From NCBI GenBank assembly GCA_008369845.1, contig MRSU01010980.1, forward strand, positions 1 to 48,795: a stretch of DNA of 48,795 nucleotides, read 5' to 3'. The stretch's first letter is position 1; each line of letters opens with the position of its first letter. The stretch comes from Trichomonas gallinae. Its lineage: Eukaryota. Both the position numbers and the translations under genes were made by a program. Under the pieces are notes generated by a model. The model had not been told where the DNA came from. It saw nothing but the letters and a program-made list of their open reading frames with translations, and ran no database searches. Below, piece after piece: positions 34,401-43,268 of this stretch.

Positions 34401-35013
34401 AATCAAAAGCACAGAGCTAGTTGGACTGCCATCACATAACGTTAAGATGTATTTCACAAACAAGAAGAAAGGACTAACGATAAGAATGATAACAACTGGA
34501 ATTTCTTTCGTTTTCACTTTTCTCGCTTATATATCAAATGTTTTGCACATCCTGTTGAACACAGAAACTATTGTCGAAAACAACAGAGCGATATGGGGTG
34601 TCATGTCATTCTTTGCTGCCATCAATGCAGCTTTGCACTCATTGTCTGGATTAAGGTCTTTTAGGCCGTCGGTTATTTTCTATTGCTTGCTATTGTTTTT
34701 AACAAATATTATTTTAGCATTCGTTGACTTGCTGTTCGGAGTGACAGACTGGACACTGCATACTCTAGCTGGTGATGTTGTCCCGCCAAGAATTGTGTCT
34801 GATTCCGACGAAATATCGATAACAGACGGAATTTTGCACACTGGATCAGATCTTATTCCTCTCGATGAAGTCGAAAACGTCAGGCATGAGTCAAAAACTG
34901 TTTTTATCATATTGGCGAGCGGAAGAGAGATTCCAATAGAATTCGAGGACTCAGAAAGCGCTGAGACATTCTTTGAGAAAATTAATTCCGAAAAACCAAA
35001 ATATACTGAATAG
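28441..35013 (+). CDS. VPS13: VPS13-family bulk lipid transfer protein
   Basis: Chorein-N start MFNELIADVVNAALSAYIEGL..KLSLLTSNLEMNNVEL, a long beta-rich body, VAB-like repeats (ICNKLP, IVNNTHYSLSFRQ) and a short PH-like C-terminus. ATG at 28441. Confidence 0.8.
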   Translation: MFNELIADVVNAALSAYIEGLTKDTFKLSLLTSNLEMNNVELYKYGLVQNNIPITIEKGLVKTIRSYIPWATFMTVPMVIKASDVMITCKCWCAKDTLFPSVKLLRDIKQHQIAAHEFFKSKIKSLLKIVSQSLFTNTITKIVSKAKLQIDRLNIRIEFGESDCFVFGFQFDRLIVDDVTNPRNELIERAFNINNISAYIDRNQTPLDCSNTAIFSQMMNNAINGQHDWIMLPGNMSGTVLMKDIDSEIQINTKTSKITMDLTDWQVEFLFDTLTRIPKFFKYLKGSLVIRNKNIISDPVAFWKFVDQTSRKINEKDAVRIGNFRTLFKYMRKYTAKWKQNPNPPEKPKIIQYYDIIMPYYNIILWRSMAENSRTGKITFKTMKKVIDQIDFDGQNIFVQLISRIHFNFRSPFLLCRIRSSTDPEGIVFSIQKPALHLGQINNGVAIDISCSALSMTRNGFVVLESQDTDNEDFKIHLELFNDNSKLVTRLAVDVFATNYTVDVIKLLNIQIPFNIYMILERIVKIIKHRAFIIPPVELSLNTLPTQVFLKMNGNDFLLVMEAFTISTSIFSAKDYVTKLNVSNASITYGKHQQNKLLDNFNLECFITKKGAEMFVKPFSMELNWKNIDLLMSMLPKEIPYFDIDKILHILSIVPHYEFKINSPSALIHMKLPYGNLELTYKNAVVKAVVPELIADLEVDSFGISDVIVATDIKIIIDKLIKMSVKKAEAKFFKLFEVLPKNILDYLPDPLKLPPLPIDMYLKVFDVDCSLAEQKFIIHFSNFIGNNLENFETIIAITHVDNVTLDDYIFTDEFDVRGSLTINNSLFFNINFDPVPLKLNDFLLMHLLSVPFRMDKILPDKLVVNATVNIPKLIIYDYVVVNGIDFDFTATINQLKGKLTAKGMDLMYSSVECEHEDLCIINFDLFNRESQYIINPCCLTIDAFSMIETILPVLLKSTIYFPPPMKIDLILNPSKLKLVIPGSVIECGAEVLAKINTANFDTDAFVKNVYAKMNGSDIFSVPQLKVKGNFDNYVVDIDQTNISFSLWHFLCLIKSMKYFPSLEIPRFNLDSLNLPSATVNLKNILIFLNQQSVSSKYGPTPLYIEAKNGIAKLKNNLLKFETDFKGEAFLSWFERFNLISQSKLKFEFDIFNHANINIDDPVSININKNNLSSLVNLVDFTSKKPGLMITNETSRSFVFMTEKISIIIDPYSSSFRNISPFSNEFEIVYENRKISISCKDLLTKRVIKLSEFSAVVVYRERILSICPEVKLINNTSMKVILNDKIIECKDENEVKISHNSTEFEIRFMGHDEKHKISSVGETILTKENTYNLIAIPKKVDKHITVNIQSIFLICNKLPISVNIFSKFSLNNNTVCVMPDGFVSLDKLTESNKYIQFEITIPSVTKKGKVKIDPSKNEGVLHLSLLDDTPASINYKIENRIIYISGSVVHNLTNIPLYIRSSQTKVKTNNVNYEHNFTNNFVPEDDITLLDSNCKIFVSPKNDISWKDINVTNNQVLHQLHLQNLPSQAMPVYIWHDDQEIFIVPAAVIVNKLDKDVFVDTFSTQKHKLSANNGFVVSAVNTAFVFKISFDDNKYSKPLNLISLSKDQTLFIGKELVEIKVKTINFVKNIFISKARPQSYKLHKIVNNTHYSLSFRQTGLDEEFVDVEPYSTEYFVLQKYHQSINNIEIKIGGETLIVHCSTASFQKQFKDIYYSVNLSLFDGSSIVFDEDQIEVESDSVFDLNISMHEVMTKVFDNDHELAIFLLSNSNTDVCIEENGLKIVFTLSGMNLINKLSNAIFENVLFSDGCAKDFVVKVTAHLSGLVKIDYFTVEFGHTTAAIDLNFISQFLNLIPDNIPKFKNSYYASNQVVLQKIVPKTVLQSSLLQNYSVMKFADQDLSNIISSLLPEHFLNCFSVKNVKISPSKFTLSFQPHVENNLPKFLKCLPQVDNAVMNFKNPIFECKEVKSLWSILGGFKAKSLIIAGFGLIKSTELVGLPSHNVKMYFTNKKKGLTIRMITTGISFVFTFLAYISNVLHILLNTETIVENNRAIWGVMSFFAAINAALHSLSGLRSFRPSVIFYCLLLFLTNIILAFVDLLFGVTDWTLHTLAGDVVPPRIVSDSDEISITDGILHTGSDLIPLDEVENVRHESKTVFIILASGREIPIEFEDSESAETFFEKINSEKPKYTE

Positions 35014-35265
35014 AATATATAGATATATTATGTTTGTTTTATATAAAATTTGTTTGATTTAGTAATTTATCGTCAATTTTAGATCAAAATTTATTTAAAT
35101 ATCAAAAATCAAATTATATGCAAAAGTATAAAATTATTCTCGAGATGTTGTTAAATTACATATATTGAAGTCTCATTGAAACGAAACAATAATAAATATA
35201 AAGAAAATTTGAAAAACGTAATAATTTTGATGAATAATCTGTGAAAAACAACAATTTATTATAAA

Positions 35266-36162
35266 TCAATTTGCGGAAGCGGCTCCTTGAGACCTTGCAT
35301 CTGTTTGAATTGCAGCTGGTCTTTCTCTTGTGAGTTTCACGCGCTGTGTACGTTGCGGTATATCTGTACGAGCCGAAACAACTGATGGTGCGCCTCTGTT
35401 TCCGCCAAAAGTGCTGTTAGCAACGGATCTTGGATAAATTTGAGCGTATGATTTTCCATTTGGAGATCTTGGTCCGGAATTGTTAGCTCTAGCTGTATCA
35501 GGAAGCATAGATTGTGTTTCTCTGCGGACAAATCGAAATGCAGATGTTGGCAATTCTGATTGTGCTTCGTTTGGCATCCTTCCACGTCTAAAGACTTCAC
35601 CTGCTGGTGATAATGGCATATCTCTTGTAGAAATTGCATATGGACGCTCGCGAAATGCAGATTCTTGAATTGATGTCTTTCTTCCTGAACTTTGTGATGC
35701 TTGAGCTCTTTCTTCAGCGAGCAATGCTTCTAATCTTGCCTTTTCTTTCGCTTCTTCCTCTTTACGACGTATTTCTTCAATTCTTTCTTGATTCCAAGCT
35801 AAAAAGCTTGGTATTACGTTTGTTTCTTCATCAAACTGAAGATCTTCTATCTTTCCTTTTGATCCGTACTTCATTTTTGAGTTGTCGAGTTCTAAATTAA
35901 GAGAATCTTCCGTTAATTCTAAAATTTTGTGTTTTTTGAAGAAATTCAATACTATTTGGAATGCGATTGAGTTTGCTTTGCTGTCTGGTGTTGTAATTTT
36001 TGATTTTAGCTGATTATTATTTGTTTTGAAAACTGTTTTGCTGATTTCGTTCATATATTTTGCGTTAATGTGGTTGACGTTGCCAGATTTCGTCATCTCG
36101 TCCATTATATACTGCTGCATCTTCTTGGTCGTCTCGGAAACAGAGACTTTTCGCTCGCTCAT
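35266..36162 (-). CDS. Hypothetical protein with a FOP/FOR20-like LisH N-terminus, a charged coiled coil and a disordered basic tail
   Basis: YIMDEMTKSGNVNHINAKYMNEI and AFQIVLNFFKKHKILELTEDSLNLE resemble FOP-dimer/LisH, followed by an R/S/P-rich tail. Confidence 0.7.
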   Translation of the reverse strand: MSERKVSVSETTKKMQQYIMDEMTKSGNVNHINAKYMNEISKTVFKTNNNQLKSKITTPDSKANSIAFQIVLNFFKKHKILELTEDSLNLELDNSKMKYGSKGKIEDLQFDEETNVIPSFLAWNQERIEEIRRKEEEAKEKARLEALLAEERAQASQSSGRKTSIQESAFRERPYAISTRDMPLSPAGEVFRRGRMPNEAQSELPTSAFRFVRRETQSMLPDTARANNSGPRSPNGKSYAQIYPRSVANSTFGGNRGAPSVVSARTDIPQRTQRVKLTRERPAAIQTDARSQGAASAN

Positions 36163-36407
36163 TTTTTGTTTAACGGAGAAAGTTTACTTTTTTACTCTCG
36201 ATTTTATTGCAGAAAGAGTCTTCTTATAACAATAGAATCACTTTTTGCATTAAAATGTCGTCGCAAAATTTATCTAATAAAAATATGTCGAATAAAATAT
36301 TTACATGTCATAATTATTTTTGTAAAAATTTACATGTCATAAAATATTTTGACTTTGTAAACAGAAAAATGACAAAAATATTTTTTATTTGTCATAAAAT
36401 TTGATTC

Positions 36408-36511
36408 ATCATAGGAGTTGAATAATATGGTGTAGACACCGGGAAAGTTGTAGACTGTTATTAAAATGTAATTTTGTGGTGTCTGCATCTTCTTGTTCAA
36501 ACACTAATGAT
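36408..36511 (+). repeat. Imperfect inverted repeat / hairpin (~105 nt), MITE-like or structured RNA
   Basis: ttgaataatatggtgtagacacc (36418-36440) pairs with ggtgtctgcatcttcttgttcaa (36478-36500), with weaker extension outward. Confidence 0.6.
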
Positions 36512-36610
36512 AATTTGGAAAAAAATTACTTCTCATAAAATATTTGACTTTGTAAACTGAAAATAACTTATAGTACATGGATACTTTAGTACACAACAAA
36601 AGAATGGATA

Positions 36611-37873
36611 TTATAAAAGAAGATTATATAATCCGTAAATATTTGGTATAAAGAAGATGTAAACAGCGACAGATAGTCCGCTTATAAAATATACAGCTAA
36701 TTTTCGATCTTCATCCTCTAAATTATCAAGATATTTGCAACCCATTAAAATTCCAAACATTAAAGGTATTTGGTAATGGTATAAAAATGTCACTCGCTTG
36801 ATGAATATAAATGGAATATAACTAAACATATATCCTATTACTTCAGGTTGAAATCGATAAATTCCAATAATAATGCCAAAAATAGAAAACAATGATGCAA
36901 CCGGGCTCGCATAGAGTAGTATTTGCTTCTTATATCCAGCCCAAATCAAAATGGGAGTGGAAATAGAAAATGGCCACTGATACCATCTTGTAGCACAAGG
37001 ATGATCGTCAGTAACATTCTGGTTTGCTTTTACGATCTCATAAATATAACAAATGGCTCTGATTATGAACATGTGAGTGTTATTTTCTTTTGGCTGCAAA
37101 ATAAAGTGAATATAAATTGAACTGAAAAGAATTGCTAGAACTATCGTAGATATTGCTGCACCACGTATAAATAGCCGTGATATAAAGTCCTTTTGGTGCT
37201 TCAACAAAAATATATGCAGAAAAGCAACGTAAATGAGCAAACCACCTGAAGTGAACTTGGTAGATATGGCACAACCTGCGAAAAATGCTTGTAAAATTAT
37301 GTAAATCCATTTTTGCTTTCTCTTTAATAATGAAGAAAAGAAAATTGTTAAAGCTGTGAATAAGTACAAGAAAGAATCCGTTAAAATAAAGCGAGATTGA
37401 GTTATTGTGATGAGATCAAAGTTAGATAATATTCCGCATAAAATTGAAACTTGATTTGAAGCTCTTTGTATCATTAAAGATGCTGTTAATAGAGGTGATA
37501 TAAACGTTGATGCAATCATTGGAGCTCTTCTTAATGAAATGTAAAAAGATGAATTATATTTTGATTCATATGCACTGAAATTGAAGCTTCCATCATATCC
37601 AGTAGCTTTAGAAGTAGCATAAAATATCAATTTTGCAAGTGGTGGATGAATGTCGAAGAAATTTTCTTTTTTGAGATATGAATTCGTAAAATATCCAAAG
37701 TGCGTTTCATCAAAAACGACAACATCAGGATGAGAAAGCCCAAAACATCTGATTAATACAGATAAGGCGTAAAGTATCCCTAAATATATCCACTGCTTTG
37801 ATGAAAGAAAAAGAATCTTCTTCTTTCGCTCAAAAAACATTAATGAAAATAACTTATAAAGTAATATCATCAT
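36611..37873 (-). CDS. PMT/GT39 dolichyl-phosphate-sugar:protein O-glycosyltransferase, lacking the MIR domain
   Basis: VVFDETHFG (DE motif), FFDIHPPLAK, SRFILTD, HPCATRWYQWP and RVTFLYHY, with multiple TM helices. The true start may be ATG 37840 (TCATT immediately upstream). Confidence 0.9.
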   Translation of the reverse strand: MMILLYKLFSLMFFERKKKILFLSSKQWIYLGILYALSVLIRCFGLSHPDVVVFDETHFGYFTNSYLKKENFFDIHPPLAKLIFYATSKATGYDGSFNFSAYESKYNSSFYISLRRAPMIASTFISPLLTASLMIQRASNQVSILCGILSNFDLITITQSRFILTDSFLYLFTALTIFFSSLLKRKQKWIYIILQAFFAGCAISTKFTSGGLLIYVAFLHIFLLKHQKDFISRLFIRGAAISTIVLAILFSSIYIHFILQPKENNTHMFIIRAICYIYEIVKANQNVTDDHPCATRWYQWPFSISTPILIWAGYKKQILLYASPVASLFSIFGIIIGIYRFQPEVIGYMFSYIPFIFIKRVTFLYHYQIPLMFGILMGCKYLDNLEDEDRKLAVYFISGLSVAVYIFFIPNIYGLYNLLL

Positions 37874-37949
37874 TGGTCATTCAAGCTTGTTCATCTTCGA
37901 AGACTCTGATTTTATTGGATTTATCCTCAAAATCCAACACATTGGCGCA

Positions 37950-38110
37950 TATAAAGCTTTAATTTGTGCTTCATGGAATGATCATCATGATTTTGTCAAA
38001 TTTCTTCTAACTATTCCTGGTATGACTCTTCGTAACACCAACAAAGAGAATTGAATAGCTTTGTTTATGAAATTGCTTTCAAGAGAATTGACGCATAAAA
38101 GATATAATTT
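37950..38110 (+). pseudogene. Ankyrin-repeat fragment
   Basis: The frame from 37950 reads YKALICASWNDHHDFVKFLLTIPGMTLRNTNKEN*IALF, i.e. one ankyrin repeat plus a broken second one, with no start codon. Confidence 0.65.
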
Positions 38111-38513
38111 CCTTGTTATTTTTGGCATGTAAACAAAATAAATTGACGAATAAACAAAGTCAAGAGCAATTCTGGGCGCAATGTAAGTGATGGGATAATT
38201 ATTTCCAATGTAGGAAATGCACCAAGAAAATAGAGGATTTACAAAAAAAGTATTTAGATGTGACGGCATCAATAGGAATAATACCGCGATGCGAGAGTGC
38301 CTTGGTTTTTTTGACATTGTAAACTAAATAATCTGACGAATAAATTTTTTTTTATATAAAGTTTATAAATTGAAATAACAGTTATAACAGCAATATGCAG
38401 CATGTACACAGACTAATTCGCATAAGAAATCGATGTGTTGTCGATCATAAAAAGGAATGTTGCCACTTTTTATAAAAAAATTTAGACGATATCATATAAA
38501 AATAAAAAAAATC

Positions 38514-40034
38514 ATGAATGCAGTAGAATGTCATATTACTTCAATTATTCTTCCCCGCGTCATCCCTTCACGTTTATTCGTCAGCTGGCGCTGCGGACGT
38601 GTCATTGGAAAATCTTCGCCTTTCCCTGCCACGGATCAGATGATCCAATTGAAAGAGAAATTTATTGTCCCGAAGCAGATCGGCGAAGAACTATCAATCT
38701 ACGTCGGTGTGAATGCCACCGATAAACAAGGAAACTCAATTAAATTCTCCGATTCACAAATTCAGATCCCAGAAACAATTTATTCTAGGAAATCTGTCTT
38801 TCAACAAAGCATTTGCCAATCATCCATTGGAGAGTTCATCATCGAAATAGAATTCATTGCTAAAAACCATCAGTTCGAAGTTCCTAATATTAATCCAGAC
38901 GAAGTTGTCGCAGAGTACAACAAAATCGTTAACACATTCGAAAGCACAATAGATGATGATAATCAACCAGAAAGATACATTAAAGCTACAGAATTACTTA
39001 ATTCTCTTGCTGAACTACCTGCTGGCAATGTTACTGACGATCACATCCAGAAAATCAATGAAGCACTCGCCAAACTTGAGTCATGCAACCAGAAGTTGAG
39101 CGGAAGATACGATTTGATTGTGAAGACAATTCTTGGTATGATGGAGAAAGATTATCTTTTCGTTCTTCCAACAGGAGAAGTCAAGAGCTATGGTGCGTTC
39201 CACAACTCCCAACAAGTGCGTTATCCATATATTGGCGTAATTTTGGCCAACACTCTCAAGAAACTCGTTTCTCCAAAACTTGGATTCACAACTGATGAAT
39301 TAGACCACTTTATGATTGAGATATGTTCATTATTTGCTGGTCTCATCGCTAATAATGAGTCTCATGATCGCGGATTAATGTATTTGATTTCAAATATGTC
39401 TTTCGTGATCCAATTTGTTCGCGCAAATCTCAAACTGAGCCTTCCCAACTTCGAAACTCTTGCTTTAATCAGCTACAAGCAAATTATTGCAAAAGTTCTT
39501 GAAATCGACATCAACCAGATCAGCAAGTTCACATCTAATCCTAAGAAGTTTGTCAACTGGTACAAGGACCATGTTACAATGGGTCTTGACCTTGACGTTC
39601 CAAAGAATATATTGACAAACCACATCCATGGCTATCTGATCAAATACATGGACTTCAACATCCTCAAGTATTGGTTGGCGCAACCAGACCTCGGCACAGC
39701 CGATTATCAAGAATTAATTACAGCAATTCCTGGAAATTGGCCATATTTATCATCCCTCATGTTCATGGTCAAGAATGCTGAGAAGCTTGTCAAGAAGAAA
39801 ATTCCGAAGGACCAGATTTACGCGCCATGCCGTGGATCAATTTTCCTCTCTGTCATCAAGAAGCTTGAAGCCTTGAAGATAGTTTCAGTTTCTCAGAGAC
39901 AATATGCAGCAATCACTGAGCCTGATAAGATGAAGTGTATTCTCCAGGGACACAATGATTTTGCTGAAACAATCACAACAATCGCAACAGACGACAATAT
40001 CCCAGCCGATCTTCCAGAGCCAAAGACAATTTAA
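38514..40034 (+). CDS. NT-C2 (EEIG1/EHBP1-like) plus Dilute-like domain protein
   Basis: N-terminal RLFVSWRCGRVIGKS (NT-C2-like). C-terminal LMYLISNMSFVIQF and YLIKYMDFNILKYWL resemble the myosin-V cargo/Dilute domain. ATG 38514 has Inr TCATA at 38492. Confidence 0.7.
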   Translation: MNAVECHITSIILPRVIPSRLFVSWRCGRVIGKSSPFPATDQMIQLKEKFIVPKQIGEELSIYVGVNATDKQGNSIKFSDSQIQIPETIYSRKSVFQQSICQSSIGEFIIEIEFIAKNHQFEVPNINPDEVVAEYNKIVNTFESTIDDDNQPERYIKATELLNSLAELPAGNVTDDHIQKINEALAKLESCNQKLSGRYDLIVKTILGMMEKDYLFVLPTGEVKSYGAFHNSQQVRYPYIGVILANTLKKLVSPKLGFTTDELDHFMIEICSLFAGLIANNESHDRGLMYLISNMSFVIQFVRANLKLSLPNFETLALISYKQIIAKVLEIDINQISKFTSNPKKFVNWYKDHVTMGLDLDVPKNILTNHIHGYLIKYMDFNILKYWLAQPDLGTADYQELITAIPGNWPYLSSLMFMVKNAEKLVKKKIPKDQIYAPCRGSIFLSVIKKLEALKIVSVSQRQYAAITEPDKMKCILQGHNDFAETITTIATDDNIPADLPEPKTI

Positions 40035-40390
40035 ACTAGTATTTTCTATTATTTCATCCCTAATTAAAAAAATGATATTTTTTCATCATTTTCAACCAAG
40101 TATTACTGCTCTCATCTATACAAAATAAATGATAAATACATTTTGCCATTTTCCAGAAAATATTTTTTTGGATAAAAAAATATTAATGATATATAAGAAA
40201 TTGCAATGAAATCCATATTAAACTCATCTATAATAATATATTTATGATATTAAATATATGAAATAACGACTATTTATCTAAAATTTGATCAAATTATCAA
40301 AAATTATGAAGAATCCGAACAAATGTCTATGTAATAGTTTAGTTATGCGTGATATTTAAGTTATTTTGTCAGTTGTTATCATTTTATTTA

Positions 40391-43018
40391 ATGACTCTTT
40401 CACCTGATGCATTGAAGAATATCAATGACGTCAACCAATTACGGGAAATTTGTGCTACATTGATGAGGATCAAAGAAAAAGAGACAAATTCGAAAAATAA
40501 AGCTAGAGAAATCGCTCAAAATCTTCAATCAGCTTTACAATCAAAAGAATTAGAGCTAAAATGCTTAAATGAAAAGGTTACTACACTAAATGCAGTCGTT
40601 AGGGAAATGTCTAACGCACAAGATGCGCAAAAGAAAGCAAATAATTCTAATGAATCACAAGCAGATAAACAAAAGATCGAACAACTTACAGCACAGCTCA
40701 ATGAAGCGAATATTTTATATGAAAACGAGAAATTAAAAGTTTTTGAATTAAGTGATGAAAAAATGAAGTTAGAAGATCAAATCAGTTTATTGCAGCAAGG
40801 AAATTCTGGCGACTCATCATCAATTATAGCTGATCTTCAAGAAAAACTCAACCAAAAAGAAATCGAAAATCAAAAAATTATTTCTATCGGAAAATCAAAG
40901 ATTGCTGATTTGATGACACAAGTACAATCAATGACAGTCGAGAGAGACTCATTGAAAGAACAAATATCAAATAATTCACAACCAAATATTGAAAATTCTG
41001 CAAATACAACTGAATATCAAGAGAAAATCACATCATTACAATCCCAACTTAAAGAACTCAAGGATAATAATGAGATAGAGTTAAATGCATTAAAATCAAA
41101 AATTAATGAATTAACAACAGAGAGAGATTCATTAAAGAGCCAATTGACAAATACAAAAGATGATGACAAGGCGAAATTAAGTGAATATCAATCAAAAATG
41201 GCTTCAATTCAGTCTCAATTTGAACAACAAAAATTAAACTACGAAACAGAAATTAACACTTTGAAACAAAACTCTGATAACCAAACTAAATCATTGCAAG
41301 AACTAAAAACCAAATTTGATGATGTACAAAAGAAATTAACTGATTCTGCTTCTGTTAATAAGCAAAATGCCGATTTAATTAGCAAATTAAAGTTCGATTT
41401 ACAGAACGCAACAAATGAAAAGGCAACACTTGAACAAACAATTAGTTCAATAAAATCAAACAATGAATCTTCTAAAGATGATTTCTTGAAGATAATGAAT
41501 AAACAAAAGGAAGATGCACAAGCACAAATAAATGTATTAAATGACCAGATTTTATCGCTTAAATCTGAAAACGAAAAATATTCTGAACAAATAAACGCAA
41601 AACAAGAAGAAGCCCAAGACAAAGATACAAAAATAGAGGAATTTTCTATGAAACTCAATGAAATTAATCTCAAATTCGAAAATTCGACTAAAATTATTAA
41701 CGAAAAAGAAAACTCCATAAATACTCTAACAGAACAAATAGAAACACTCAAATCTCAAATAGATTCCACAAACTCATCAATAAAAGAAAAAGATTCAAAA
41801 ATTTCAGAATTATCGCAACAAATTACAGAAATGCAGCAATCTAATGCAGAAAATACAAAACTTGTCGAAAATCTCAAGACTCAGAATCAAAATTCAGATG
41901 AAACAGTAACAAATCAAAGTAGTAAAATTAAAGAACTTGAGCAACAAGTTTCTATTCTCACTGATGAAAAGAAGAAACTCATGGCAATTACAGAAGCCAA
42001 CAATGCAAAAGCAAAAGACAGAATTCACCAAATCAAAAATCAATTAAGAGAAAACATCGAACAGCACAACGCTGAAGTCAGAGAAATCGCAGAAGAAAGG
42101 CAGAAATTCACAGAAGAAATAGAATCCCTTAAATCAAAAGTCAAAAAACAAAGCGAAGAAGCAGTAAATCTGAAGAAAACTGTAACAAGCGATGCAGTTG
42201 AAATACAAGCGTTAAACAAGACAATTGCAGAGCTAAGAGTAGAACTAGACAAACTCAGAACAGTAAATAAGGCCAACGAAGAACTCAATGAAGAAATAAG
42301 AAATGCAAGACTCGAAATCACAACGAAAACACAAGATCTTTCCAACGAAATACTTCAGAGTGAGAGACTCGCACAAGTAATAAACGACAAAGATGCGACA
42401 ATAAACAAGCTTAAAGAGACAATACAAATGTTCACGAAAACAGATTTAGAGAAAAACTCTACAATAGAACAATTGAGGACAGAAAACTGCGAACTCACTG
42501 CTAAGATAGCATCTTTAAGTGTATCTTCCCCTCAAAGCCAATCAGATTTGATTTCGAAATTAGAAATGGATAAATCGGAACTTGAAGCGAAGCTGGCCAG
42601 TAACCAGGCCTCACAAGAGTTGGTGAACAAGAATAGACAGCTTTCTGCGATGATTGAAAAATTAAATAGATTATATACGCTTTTAGTTGAAGAAAACAAC
42701 GGACTTAATAAGGAACTAGAAAAACTTAGGCCAACAAGAAGGTTAAAGACATTGGAGAGCTTTGTTAATGTCTCTGTCAAGCCTTATCAAAAAATCGAAA
42801 AGAAAGACTCAAAAAGTGATGAAAAAGATGTGACAATGGCATACTTGAGGCGCACTCTGCTGCAGTTTTTCACAGAAGAAAACAGCTCAAGGGCATCAAT
42901 GGTTCCTTTAATTCTTGATTTAGTTGGATGCTCGAAGGAGCAAATCACTGTTGCCACAAGAGAATATGACCGCTCTCAGCAGCTCATTACTCGAACAACA
43001 CGTTTCTTTTTCAAATAG
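40391..43018 (+). CDS. GRIP-domain coiled-coil golgin
   Basis: Long heptad coiled coil and a C-terminal GRIP motif AYLRRTLLQFF..MVPLILDLVGCSKEQ. ATG 40391 has Inr TCATT at 40379. Confidence 0.85.
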   Translation: MTLSPDALKNINDVNQLREICATLMRIKEKETNSKNKAREIAQNLQSALQSKELELKCLNEKVTTLNAVVREMSNAQDAQKKANNSNESQADKQKIEQLTAQLNEANILYENEKLKVFELSDEKMKLEDQISLLQQGNSGDSSSIIADLQEKLNQKEIENQKIISIGKSKIADLMTQVQSMTVERDSLKEQISNNSQPNIENSANTTEYQEKITSLQSQLKELKDNNEIELNALKSKINELTTERDSLKSQLTNTKDDDKAKLSEYQSKMASIQSQFEQQKLNYETEINTLKQNSDNQTKSLQELKTKFDDVQKKLTDSASVNKQNADLISKLKFDLQNATNEKATLEQTISSIKSNNESSKDDFLKIMNKQKEDAQAQINVLNDQILSLKSENEKYSEQINAKQEEAQDKDTKIEEFSMKLNEINLKFENSTKIINEKENSINTLTEQIETLKSQIDSTNSSIKEKDSKISELSQQITEMQQSNAENTKLVENLKTQNQNSDETVTNQSSKIKELEQQVSILTDEKKKLMAITEANNAKAKDRIHQIKNQLRENIEQHNAEVREIAEERQKFTEEIESLKSKVKKQSEEAVNLKKTVTSDAVEIQALNKTIAELRVELDKLRTVNKANEELNEEIRNARLEITTKTQDLSNEILQSERLAQVINDKDATINKLKETIQMFTKTDLEKNSTIEQLRTENCELTAKIASLSVSSPQSQSDLISKLEMDKSELEAKLASNQASQELVNKNRQLSAMIEKLNRLYTLLVEENNGLNKELEKLRPTRRLKTLESFVNVSVKPYQKIEKKDSKSDEKDVTMAYLRRTLLQFFTEENSSRASMVPLILDLVGCSKEQITVATREYDRSQQLITRTTRFFFK

Positions 43019-43253
43019 ATTTATTTTATTTTGTTTGAATTTAAAAATATTCTTGTATTTTAGCATTTTAAGTATTTTTAATGAAATAATTCGTGAATTT
43101 TGGCGATTCAAGATATTTAAGTCAGAAATTAGCATAATATTTTAATTCGATAAAATATTTTATAGGTTATTGATAAATAACTGTAAGATGTAGCTAAAAT
43201 CTATCACTGTGGTATAGTGTAATGAATATTATTTGTAATAGTTTCGATTTTTT

Positions 43254-43268
43254 TGTGTGTGTGTGTGT
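43254..43268. repeat. (TG)7 microsatellite
   Basis: tgtgtgtgtgtgtgt. Confidence 0.7.

Noticed and set aside
37985..38317. 110-aa minus-strand ORF
   Set aside because: It overlaps the + strand ankyrin relic, has no recognisable motif and is probably spurious.
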